DNA from: an uncultured Gammaproteobacteria bacterium
Lineage (GTDB): Bacteria > Pseudomonadota > Gammaproteobacteria > UBA6002
Reading direction: 5' to 3'
DNA: 58,568 nucleotides
Assembly (NCBI GenBank): GCA_963705725.1
Contig: CAVPKM010000011.1
Coordinates: 1-58,568 of the forward strand
In this document: in pieces, positions 1-9,584 of the stretch
Layout of the letters: each line of letters opens with the position of its first letter
Position numbering within the stretch: position 1 is the first letter of the stretch
Translations under genes and position numbers: made by a program
The notes under the pieces: generated by a model
Told to the model about the DNA's origin: nothing
Seen by the model: the letters and a program-made list of their open reading frames with translations, nothing else
Database searches by the model: none

Positions 1-1517
1 GGTAGCGTAAATAATTTTGTGTAAGCAGGATGAGTCAGCAGATTTTTTGCTACCGAATTCCAGATAGCGAAATTAAAATAACAAAAATTTTTTAAATAAA
101 CAAATAAAATTATTGTGCCTGTGGGTATGTGCGCAATACTGACGAGTGCAACGAGTCAGTTTGTGCATATATCCACAGGCGATCGAAGGCACAAAATTTT
201 AAATCAGTTCTTAAACTAAATCGCTCCTTTTAGCCTGTCTTCGAACAGGATCATAAAACGATTCATGGCATCACCCCAATTTCGTATTGGCATTGTCCAT
301 TTTTTTGAAATATTTTTAAGCGCTAAATATAGCTGCTTCAAAGCCGCATCATCCGAAGGAAAAACGCGCTTACTTTTAATAACCTTCCGAAGGCTCATAT
401 TCACGGATTCAACTGCATTCGTAGTATAAATCGCGCGACGAATTTCAGAAGAGTAGCCAAAAAAAGGCGTGACATTTTCCCAGTGAGTCAGCCAGCTTTT
501 ACTGATAGAAGGGTAATGCTCGTCCCACTTCTCGGAAAAAGTAGCGAGACATAATTCGGCTTCATCGAGTGTCTTTGCGCCATAAATCGTTTTTAAATCC
601 GCCGCCACTTGCTTACGGCTTTTCCAAGGAACATAGCGTAGTGAATTTCGAATCATATGAACAATGCAAAGTTGAACCTGGGTCTTGGGAAATACCGTTG
701 AAATGGCATCAGGAAAGCCCGTAAGGCCATCAACGCAAGCAATCAAAATATCTCCCACACCACGATGCTGCAATTCAGATAACACATTGAGCCAAAATTT
801 TGAACTTTCCGTTTGGCTAATCCAAATTCCCAGTAATTCTTTTTGCCCTTCAAGATCTACACCCAAAGCAAGATAAAAGGCTTTGTTAATCACTCGCTTA
901 TCTTCTTTAACTTTGATCATTAAGGCATCAAAGTAAACAATGGGATAAAGTTTATCCAAGGGACGACACTGCCAAGTTTTCACTTCCTCAATGACTTCGT
1001 TGGTCACATTGGAAATGAAAGTAGGAGAGACTTCTACCCCATAGAGCTCTTGCAATTGCCCCTGTATATCACGTGTCGTCATCCCTCTCGCATAAAGGCT
1101 GATGATTTTGTCATCAAACCCTTCAAAACGCGTTTGGTTCTTAGCAACAATCTGGGGAGAAAAATCTGTATTTCGATCTCTCGGTACCTGGATAGTAAAT
1201 TCGCCATTTTCGCCCTTTAAAGTTTTTTCTGAATATCCATTTCGAGAATTGCCGCTATTCTTACCTTTAGCCTCATTTTTCTCGTAGCCCAAGTGGCTGC
1301 TCATCTCTCCTTGCATGGCCCTTTCCAAAAGTGCCTTCGTCAAGTTTTTCAGAAGACCTCCTTCGCCAAACATATCTTCTTGGGTTTTGCAGTCCTTAAT
1401 CAAATTATCTATCATTTGCGGATCAAATGAAGTGAGTTTTGTCGCCATAGTCAGTACTCCTTGTTTCAGTTAGTTTATACTGACTAAATCCAGTTACACA
1501 AAAAATTTTACAGCCTC
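1..1517 (-). mobile_element. IS256-family insertion sequence (complete)
   Basis: Imperfect 24-bp terminal inverted repeats GGTAGCGTAAATAATTTTGTGTAA (1-24) and GAGGCTGTAAAATTTTTTGTGTAA (reverse complement of 1494-1517), 16/24 identical, flank the transposase. Target duplication cannot be checked because the window starts at the end of the element. Confidence 0.9.
216..1448 (-). CDS. IS256/Mutator-family DDE transposase
   Basis: 410 aa; NSRNGY, VPRDR, YARGMTTRDI, FDA, CVDGLTGF, QLCIVH and IYTTNAVES motifs; AAGGAG RBS. Confidence 0.97.
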   Translation of the reverse strand: MATKLTSFDPQMIDNLIKDCKTQEDMFGEGGLLKNLTKALLERAMQGEMSSHLGYEKNEAKGKNSGNSRNGYSEKTLKGENGEFTIQVPRDRNTDFSPQIVAKNQTRFEGFDDKIISLYARGMTTRDIQGQLQELYGVEVSPTFISNVTNEVIEEVKTWQCRPLDKLYPIVYFDALMIKVKEDKRVINKAFYLALGVDLEGQKELLGIWISQTESSKFWLNVLSELQHRGVGDILIACVDGLTGFPDAISTVFPKTQVQLCIVHMIRNSLRYVPWKSRKQVAADLKTIYGAKTLDEAELCLATFSEKWDEHYPSISKSWLTHWENVTPFFGYSSEIRRAIYTTNAVESVNMSLRKVIKSKRVFPSDDAALKQLYLALKNISKKWTMPIRNWGDAMNRFMILFEDRLKGAI

Positions 1518-2810
1518 GAGCTCGGGTGACTTTCATGTTCCTCTTTACTGGAATCTCGTTTATCTTCTGCCAGACTAGAGAGAGGATTAGCCAGTGCTTC
1601 ATCTTGATTAATCGGATGAATCAACTCATCAGATTCTTCTGGATCTTGAACTTCTTCCTCATCATCATCCCCGCCACCGTTGTTATTATCATGATAATTT
1701 TCTCTATGGCTATGTTCTTTAGAATGAGCAGGGAAATCGGGATCCTTTGGAGGAGGGGACGTCGAGGCCGCATCCGTTTGATCCTCCTGATTTAATCCTA
1801 ATTGATCATGCAAGTACGCTGCATTTTCTTTGAAGTTTTGGATGACTCCCTCATTGAGGTTGGGAATGGCAACATGCCAGTTGTGTGAAGTATTTTTAAT
1901 CACTTCTGTTTGGTGTGCGGCATCGACAATGGGGTCTCCTATATTTTCATGGGTAGAGGGGCCGGCACCATCAATCACCGAATGCACCTTTGCCTGATAA
2001 TCTTGATGAGTAAAATTTAAATCGGTTGTGGTAATCGGAAAACTTTGTAAGTTAGGGGGAATTAAATGGTTCATTTGGGTATTCGGATCAAAAGCTTTGA
2101 CATTGCCAGAGAGACCCAAGCCACTGGTTTTTGAATATTGCCTCACGTCCTTCGAAATCGTTTGATCCGCAGTAAAATGATTCACGCCATTTGAAGTAAT
2201 CTCGCCGCCTTCTGAGTAATACGTGCCAACGCTCAGCTCCTTGGTGTTTTCATTAATGGCCGTGTTCACATGAATGCCTGCCACTTGATCGACCCTGCTC
2301 TCATGATGGGTTTGGTCATTCACATTAAAATTGCCGTTGGTATTGGCGCCCAAGCTCTCACATCGGCTTTCTGATTCACTGGCTCTGGTAATAATCGTTA
2401 AGTGCTCGATTGCGCCTTTTAATTGATTGGTTTCAAGGTTTGCGCCATGACGCCGCCGTTTATATTATATAAATCTTCTGACTTCTGAAAAAGAGCCATG
2501 ACAGGTTTGGCTGAGCAAGCTTTGTCCATTATTGATCAGGTTAGCCGGTTTTAGTCGTGCATCTCCTGTCAGCAGCTGGGTGGAGACAACTGTTCCTGAT
2601 TCCCGGTCTTGCTGCTATTAACACCCAGTACATATTATGAGCTGCATTCAAGGAAAGCATGGTGAATTGGGAATTCACCCCTTTAAAATCAATATCCTTT
2701 CCGCTTTCCATCACCATGGTGGCCCGGAAAGAGTTAATGCTGGGGTCAATGCAGGATTATTTTTAGCCGGAATCGGCGTAGCTCCTAGCCGGCCAACCTG
2801 CACGCCCTGT
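1508..2810 (-). pseudogene. Fragmented haemagglutinin-repeat-like (FHA/CdiA-type) protein region, truncated by IS256
   Basis: Frame open from about 2464 (HGANLETNQLKGAIEHLTIIT...SLGANTNGNFNV...SKTSGLGLSGNV) with no credible start; broken similar frames at 2468-2810; stop codon supplied by the IS end (1508-1510). Confidence 0.5.
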
Positions 2811-3311
2811 TTACCATACGCTTCTATTTTTCAAAAATTCTTCAGCCAATTTTCTAAAATATTTAGTGAATAACTGGAATTCTTCATTAGTCCGTATCCC
2901 AAATTCAGGATCATTATTCTGTAACCATTGAAAAGAATGAGTAGTAATTGAGATGTCTTCTTCTCTTTCATCTAATCCTCTTAATTCTTTTTCTACAAGT
3001 CTCACTCTCTTTGGATAAAGACCCCACTTGTTACGATGAAAATCAGTAACCCATTCATCTCCCCAACCAAAATTTTTAATGGTGTTAAAAATAAATTCAT
3101 CCCGTTCTTTGTCTTCATTTAGAAATCGCCACATAAAAAAAGGAGGAGAAGATCTATTTCTTTCATATGAGTCAATTACAAATTGACTGGCATCACTAAC
3201 AGGATATGCTGGTTTGAGGCATGCATTATGTAGCTCACCTAAAAACTGAAAGATCATTGGCAAACTAGCATCGTCAGACAAATTATTTAATGTTAATTGT
3301 GTTAAATTCAT
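2811..3311 (-). CDS. Putative immunity protein (hypothetical, 166 aa)
   Basis: Intact AT-rich ORF with GGAGAG RBS; its ATG overlaps (ATGA) the stop of the upstream toxin-like frame. Confidence 0.6.
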   Translation of the reverse strand: MNLTQLTLNNLSDDASLPMIFQFLGELHNACLKPAYPVSDASQFVIDSYERNRSSPPFFMWRFLNEDKERDEFIFNTIKNFGWGDEWVTDFHRNKWGLYPKRVRLVEKELRGLDEREEDISITTHSFQWLQNNDPEFGIRTNEEFQLFTKYFRKLAEEFLKNRSVW

Positions 3312-4266
3312 AGACTAACTCTCCCATAATAGGTGCCTATTCCTTCCCTGAATAATTCCGCTTTGATATTAAGAAAGTTTGAGGGATTAACTATCTTCAA
3401 TATACGAAAGTAATCTCATTTAGGTATAGCATCAGAACATAAACGCGGATCATAAATATAGCCATCTTTCTGAATTTTCTGCCCTACTCCTCCTGCCGAA
3501 ATATTTTATCAACTATTTCACTACAGTCATAATAAGAATCATCTATTGGCAATGAATTCATTAGATCTACAAGTGTTTGGTCCGGAGGAAAATCACTATT
3601 TGCTTGGCGAAAAAGACGATTTAGCCAAGGAACAATTTCTTGAGTGATTTCAGAAACGACATTAACAAGTTCCGGAGCAGTTTTAAAAAGCCCTAAAGTT
3701 CTAGCTAAATAACCAATGCCAGCTTCAACTAAACCTCCTCCTGCAGCAATTAAACCCCCAATTATTCCCGCTTTTTTACCTTCAATTTCGCCATAACCTA
3801 AATAAAAACTGCCTTGAATTTCTTCTGAATATTGATTTATGTTACGGGGCATATGGCCAGTTGTTGCAGCTAATTTACCCTGCCGATAAGCTTCTTCATT
3901 ATTCCAATTACTTTCAATCTCCCGACTATAATCATTCCTCTCTTCCTGTTCCCCGTATGGTAATATGCTCCAATCTTTAGATGGTTGAACACTTTCTTGA
4001 TAGTCTTTTTGTTTTTGTGCTAAAGCATGATGTTGAGCAGGGAGTGTAGTCATATACAATGGATCTCTATCGCTCTCATATTCCAGATGAAAATAAGGAC
4101 CATTCTGCCCTTCTGCTGGCCGATTATCTAAATAGAAAGGCGAATACGTTTTGCCTTGATCTTGAAATGGTTGCGAATAATACTTTTCTTCTCTTGTATA
4201 ATTTTCTGATTTTATCTTGCCGCTTTCATCTTGGATGGAAATGTGGCCCTGACAATTTACAGCCAA
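3308..4266 (-). pseudogene. Polymorphic-toxin C-terminal region, inactivated
   Basis: Gly/Ala-rich hydrophobic segment, then DCSEIV; frameshift near 3500 continues as SAGGVGQKI...DGYIYDPRL...IPK*DY, with internal TGA at 3416-3418 and final stop at 3308-3310. Confidence 0.6.
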
Positions 4267-4750
4267 GGAGCGTTATGCCAAGGAGTGTATTCTCCCCACC
4301 CTTATCCTGCTCCTCAATGAAGGCCTTAATTTTTAATAACGCAGTTTTATCAAGTGGCAACCCACTTAAATCCAGTGAAGCAATCGGTGTGAGTAATATC
4401 ACGTCAAGCAGAGCATGGATTTCCTCGTTTGATAACACGTGATGGCGTAAATTCACCTCCTCGATGACAGGCATACGCGCTAAACCCATCAACAGCTGAT
4501 TGAAGGCACTGACCCCGTGAAAATCACGGGGTAGCTGGGCACTATTAAATGCCGTATCTTCTAACAATCGAAAATACATTAAGCCGTTCGCTACGTCCCC
4601 TGCTTTTAGGTAAAGCACCATCAGCAGATAAAAACTGCAGGCTTGTTGTTCAGCACTAGATTGTTTTGTCGCTAACGCATAGTATTTTTTGGCAGCATCA
4701 AAATCTTGGGTCAAAAAAGCCGCTTGGCCTTGTTCATAATAATTTAACAT
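4226..4750 (-). CDS. TPR-like plus LRR-like protein, probably an N-terminal fragment
   Basis: YYEQGQAAF...FDAAKKYYALA (TPR-like); IEEVNLRHHVL, IASLDLSGLPL and LLGITLLGCKL (LRR-like); overlaps next ORF out of frame. Confidence 0.5.
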   Translation of the reverse strand: MLNYYEQGQAAFLTQDFDAAKKYYALATKQSSAEQQACSFYLLMVLYLKAGDVANGLMYFRLLEDTAFNSAQLPRDFHGVSAFNQLLMGLARMPVIEEVNLRHHVLSNEEIHALLDVILLTPIASLDLSGLPLDKTALLKIKAFIEEQDKGGENTLLGITLLGCKLSGPHFHPR

Positions 4751-5025
4751 TGCAGACCGATTAGTTTAAAAATAATTGATTGTTGAGAGAATAAAACGAG
4801 GTGATAAAAGCAATTCCATTTGCAGAAAAATAAGATAGTCCATTAATTAATGACCTCTCCCCCTGCAGAATACGGATATTTATTCTCCTGTATGTAGAAA
4901 ATGTTCGAATAAATTTGTAAGCCATTTCTGATATTCAATATCCTGCTTACCCATTCCGAGCAATAAGATTTTTGAAAATAAGAAGACGACATTTCTACTT
5001 TGCCTTGACACAGCATCAAAAGCAC

Positions 5026-5054
5026 TTGCCAATTGCGATACTTTCTGATATAAA
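5026..5054 (+). promoter_or_regulatory. Sigma70 promoter for rpmBG
   Basis: TTGCCA-17 nt-TATAAA with TG extended -10. Confidence 0.55.
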
Positions 5055-5084
5055 GTTAGGTTCTTTTTTCTAGAGGATATGAAG

Positions 5085-5297
5085 ATGGCTAAAGTATGTC
5101 AGATTACTGGTAAAAGGCCCATGACAGGGCATAATGTCTCGCATGCAAACAATAAAACTAAGCGTAGATTTTTGCCTAATTTACAAACTCATCGATTTTA
5201 TGTGCCTAGCTTGAAAAAATTTGTTCGTCTACGCGTCTCTGCAAAAGGGATGCGAACTATTAATAAAAAAGGCATAGAGCATTTTTTATCACTGTAA
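5085..5297 (+). CDS. rpmB: 50S ribosomal protein L28
   Basis: [33 protein letters not shown]; GAGGA RBS favours ATG at 5085. Confidence 0.97.
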   Translation: MAKVCQITGKRPMTGHNVSHANNKTKRRFLPNLQTHRFYVPSLKKFVRLRVSAKGMRTINKKGIEHFLSL

Positions 5298-5416
5298 TGC
5301 TCGACACGACGACATATCCCCTCCGTTACACGCAGGGGATATAGAAAACACGAAGCCACAGGGCGACAGTTTCATTCTAGGGTAAATAGTTACTATAAAT
5401 CTTAAAGGTTAGATAT

Positions 5417-5602
5417 ATGGCAAGTAAAAGCAAAGGTAGAGAAAAATTTAAATTAGAATCCGCAGCAATATTGGATAATGGGAAACCTAGCAAACATTAT
5501 TATACCATCACAGCGCGCAAAGGCGCAGAAAAGCTAGAATTAAAAAAATTTGATCCCAGAGTTAGACGCCACGTCGTGTATAAGCAAGTTAAACTCAAAT
5601 AG
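5417..5602 (+). CDS. rpmG: 50S ribosomal protein L33
   Basis: REKFKLES...HYYT...[17 protein letters not shown]; follows rpmB. Confidence 0.93.
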   Translation: MASKSKGREKFKLESAAILDNGKPSKHYYTITARKGAEKLELKKFDPRVRRHVVYKQVKLK

Positions 5603-5672
5603 CGAACTGCTTAATATCCCCTTCGTGAACGAGCTTTATGCGCTGTTGCAACGCCCGCTACGAAGGGTAACT

Positions 5673-6857
5673 TCATACTCCCTGCAAAGAATAGCATCTT
5701 AGCCGTTGAGCAAAATTAGCTAAAACTACAATCCCAGTGGCTTCGGCTTGACGACACCAGCGATTAATCAACTCAAAAAGTTCTTGCTGATTAATGTTGC
5801 CTATCTGCCAAATTTCTTGCAATTTAATTCTCAAATTGTAAGCAGTCTGAAATGAATCGCGACTTTTTAACATGGTTTGAAGGAACTTTTTCTCATCTTT
5901 TTTAATTAAGCTTTCTTCGCGAATGAGTAACTTTCCACAATCTCGAATAAATGGTTTTCCCTGGCGATAGAAAAAATGCTTTTCGTCAATGACGATTGGC
6001 ATAATCACTTCGCGCCAATAGTCATGCATAATTTGAAAGCGGCTGCCAATAATTGCTTTTAAGCTGTCTTGATCCAATATTTTTTTAGTCTTATCAATAC
6101 CTAATTTCGGTATAGAGCGGTTTATTTTAGCTAATCCTAAGAACTGCAAAACGCGAATGTAACACCACCCAATATCTAGCTCCCACCATTTAACAGATAG
6201 TTTTGCTGAAGCAGCAAAGGTATGGTGATTGTTATGCAGCTCTTCGCCGCCCATAATGATGCCAATCGGAAAAATATTACGAGAAGCATCGGGACATTCG
6301 TAATTACGATAACCCCAAAAATGTCCAATTCCATTAATCACTCCTGCAGCAAAGAATGGGATCCACATCATTTGTATCGCCCAAATCGCTATGCCCGGTA
6401 TGCCAAAAAGTAATATATTAATAAGGAGCATTATTACGATTCCGAGACTCCTCATTACTGGTTTTGAATAAATCTTATTTTCTAACCAATCGTTTGGTGT
6501 ATTTTTGCCGTATCTAGTTAAGGTTTCCTCTTCTTTTGCTGCTTCTTGATAAAGCTCGGCTCCCTCAAATAACACTTTTTTTATTCCCAATATTTGCGGG
6601 CTATGAGGATCACGATTTGTTTCGCATTCTGAATGATGCATGCGATGAATCGCCACCCACTCCTTTGTGACGATACCCGTCGTTACCCATAACCAAAAAC
6701 GAAAGAAATGAGAAACAACAGGGTGTAATTTCATAGCTCGATGGGCTTGGTGCCGATGAAGAAATATCGTCACACTCATTACAGTAATATGCGTCAAAAT
6801 CAGGGTATAAAAAAGATAGCCCCAGAAAGAAGGATGAAACAAACCAAATAGAAACAC
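5673..6857 (-). CDS. desA: Membrane fatty acid desaturase (DesA-like)
   Basis: His boxes HRHQAH, HRMHH and HNNHH; GTG start with GAGGGG RBS. Confidence 0.88.
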   Translation of the reverse strand: MFLFGLFHPSFWGYLFYTLILTHITVMSVTIFLHRHQAHRAMKLHPVVSHFFRFWLWVTTGIVTKEWVAIHRMHHSECETNRDPHSPQILGIKKVLFEGAELYQEAAKEEETLTRYGKNTPNDWLENKIYSKPVMRSLGIVIMLLINILLFGIPGIAIWAIQMMWIPFFAAGVINGIGHFWGYRNYECPDASRNIFPIGIIMGGEELHNNHHTFAASAKLSVKWWELDIGWCYIRVLQFLGLAKINRSIPKLGIDKTKKILDQDSLKAIIGSRFQIMHDYWREVIMPIVIDEKHFFYRQGKPFIRDCGKLLIREESLIKKDEKKFLQTMLKSRDSFQTAYNLRIKLQEIWQIGNINQQELFELINRWCRQAEATGIVVLANFAQRLRCYSLQGV

Positions 6858-6894
6858 TTATATACCCCCTCAAAAAATCAGACAATTTTGCTAG

Positions 6895-7633
<739 letters not shown>

Positions 7634-7639
7634 GATATT

Positions 7640-8137
7640 TTACCCTACGCGTTCAAGGGTAGCTTGATTGACCCCAAGAACTAAGTCTTTGATCGCCGTG
7701 CCACAAGGCAATATCAAATCTGGCGAAATTTCACAAAGTGGATACACAACAAAGGCCCTTTCCTTTAATCTTGGATGCGGCACAATTAAATTCTGCGTGT
7801 CAATTTGTTCATCTCCGTAGAGTAGTATATCTAAATCTAATGTGCGAGGACCTTTATCATTTTTTCTTAACCGATGATGTTTTTCCTCAATTTCAAACAA
7901 ATAAAACAATAACTCTTTTGCAGGCAGTTTCGTTTCTAGCTTGGCCACCACATTGATAAAATGCGGTTGATCTAAATAATCTACCGGCGGATTTTTATAA
8001 AAACTTGAAGCCTCAAGCAATCTGGATTTTGGCAAGGTTTGCAGTGCTTGCAATGCTGATTGCAGCTGATTAATTGGATTATCTAAATTACTGCCCAATC
8101 CCAAATAAACTAATGTATCAAGCAGATACTGCTTCAT
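7640..8137 (-). CDS. folK: 2-amino-4-hydroxy-6-hydroxymethyldihydropteridine pyrophosphokinase
   Basis: YLGLGSNL, GPRTLDLDILLY and PHPRLKERAFV; downstream of pcnB. Confidence 0.96.
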   Translation of the reverse strand: MKQYLLDTLVYLGLGSNLDNPINQLQSALQALQTLPKSRLLEASSFYKNPPVDYLDQPHFINVVAKLETKLPAKELLFYLFEIEEKHHRLRKNDKGPRTLDLDILLYGDEQIDTQNLIVPHPRLKERAFVVYPLCEISPDLILPCGTAIKDLVLGVNQATLERVG

Positions 8138-9465
8138 TAATTTTTTTTACTTTTTTTAGGTGAATTTTTTCTTGCAAACCGCTCGAGAATGAGTTTATTT
8201 CGCGATTCTTCATCACCCTTTTGAAAATCTGTCCACCATTGATAGATCTTTTCAAGACTAGTATCTACCTTAGTGCGCAACCCCAAAAAGTCATAAGCCG
8301 CTCGAAAGCGTTCGTGGTGAAAGATTTTGTAAATACGTTTGGCACGGGCATGCTCGAGATGATATTGCAAATACCAGATTTCACGCATAACACTTGTTGT
8401 TCTTTTGGGAATAGCAATGACTTCAACTTGATCATGGATCACATCAGACATTGCCTCACTCAAGGCGTGATACTCGCCTTGCCTTTCATTTTTTAATTTC
8501 TCTTTAAGCTGCTGCACAGGACACCAAAGTAGCACAGCAAAGATAAAGGCGGAATTGACTTTCTTCCCACTGGCAACTCGCTGATCTGTATTTTCTAAAG
8601 CATTAAAGATAAAAATCTGATCATTGGAATTTGCAACTGTTTGAGACGTAGCAAGAACAGGAAAAAGTATTCTCAGGATATCTAATTCAATAAACATGTT
8701 AAAAACAGCAGCAGACTTTCCACCGTGAAAGACCTTATACATCTTATCAAGCAACCGAGCTGGCGGAATTTGTGTAATTAATTCTTTATGTTGTTTAATT
8801 GCTAAAAATGACTGCGATTCAATGGTAAAATTAAGTTTTGCTGCTAACCGCACTGCACGAAGCATTCTTGCAGGATCTTCACGGTATCTTTCTTCGGGAT
8901 TACCAATTACCCGGATGGACCGCTTTTTTAAATCCTCAATTCCTTGGGTATAATCCACAACCGTAAAGTCGGCAATATTATAATAAAGGGCATTAACGGT
9001 GAAATCACGCCGCCAAACATCATCTTCAAGCGTTCCATAAACATTATCCCGCAACAACAACCCATGCTTAGTTTGCACGCGACCAGAAACACTTCCCCCT
9101 TCACTTCTAAAGGTAGCAACTTCAATCACCTCCTTTCCAAAAACCACATGCACCAACCGAAAACGCCGACCAATAATAAAGCTATTTCTGAATAACCGCT
9201 GAATCTGTTCAGGGTGGGCATTGGTAGCAATATCAAAATCTTTAGGATGATGATTCAGCAAAAGATCTCTGACACTTCCTCCAACAAGGTAGGCGCTGTA
9301 TCCTGATTTATGCAGTCGATAAAGCACTTTCAGTGCCGAATGACCAATAAACTTACGAGACAGATGATGCTGTTCACGTCTTAGAATAACAGGCCGAAAA
9401 CCTTTTTTTGTTTTTTTTCGTTGATAAGGCAGCAGCTTTTTTATTATCGATATAAATTTAGACAT
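8137..9465 (-). CDS. pcnB: Poly(A) polymerase I
   Basis: VGGSVRDLLL, DFD, PAP signature IIGRRFRLVHV, RRDFTVNAL, RFRAAYDFL. Confidence 0.95.
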   Translation of the reverse strand: MSKFISIIKKLLPYQRKKTKKGFRPVILRREQHHLSRKFIGHSALKVLYRLHKSGYSAYLVGGSVRDLLLNHHPKDFDIATNAHPEQIQRLFRNSFIIGRRFRLVHVVFGKEVIEVATFRSEGGSVSGRVQTKHGLLLRDNVYGTLEDDVWRRDFTVNALYYNIADFTVVDYTQGIEDLKKRSIRVIGNPEERYREDPARMLRAVRLAAKLNFTIESQSFLAIKQHKELITQIPPARLLDKMYKVFHGGKSAAVFNMFIELDILRILFPVLATSQTVANSNDQIFIFNALENTDQRVASGKKVNSAFIFAVLLWCPVQQLKEKLKNERQGEYHALSEAMSDVIHDQVEVIAIPKRTTSVMREIWYLQYHLEHARAKRIYKIFHHERFRAAYDFLGLRTKVDTSLEKIYQWWTDFQKGDEESRNKLILERFARKNSPKKSKKN

Positions 9466-9584
9466 TCAATTTCACGCTAGTGTGTCAACTCCGGACGTTT
9501 TAACCCTGTGCTAAAGCGTTACTTTAGACTACACTTTTTAATGGCGATTGTGAATATTTAAACCCACTCTCTACTGGGAAGTTT

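Noticed and set aside
3416-3418. TGA at a probable Gly position as a sign of a TGA=Gly or Trp genetic code
   Set aside because: desA, yfhL, rocF, hda, purM, rplC and rplD all terminate normally at TGA, so this is a nonsense mutation.
4512-4532. Perfect 9-bp inverted repeat ACCCCGTGA-AAA-TCACGGGGT
   Set aside because: Inside coding sequence, single copy, no U-tract; cannot be distinguished from chance.
4843-5025. 60-aa ORF upstream of rpmB
   Set aside because: GTG start without an RBS, lies in the divergent promoter region, and has no recognisable features.
5673-6060. Desaturase C-terminal helical extension as a novel fusion
   Set aside because: This extension is a known feature of proteobacterial DesA proteins of about 390 aa.
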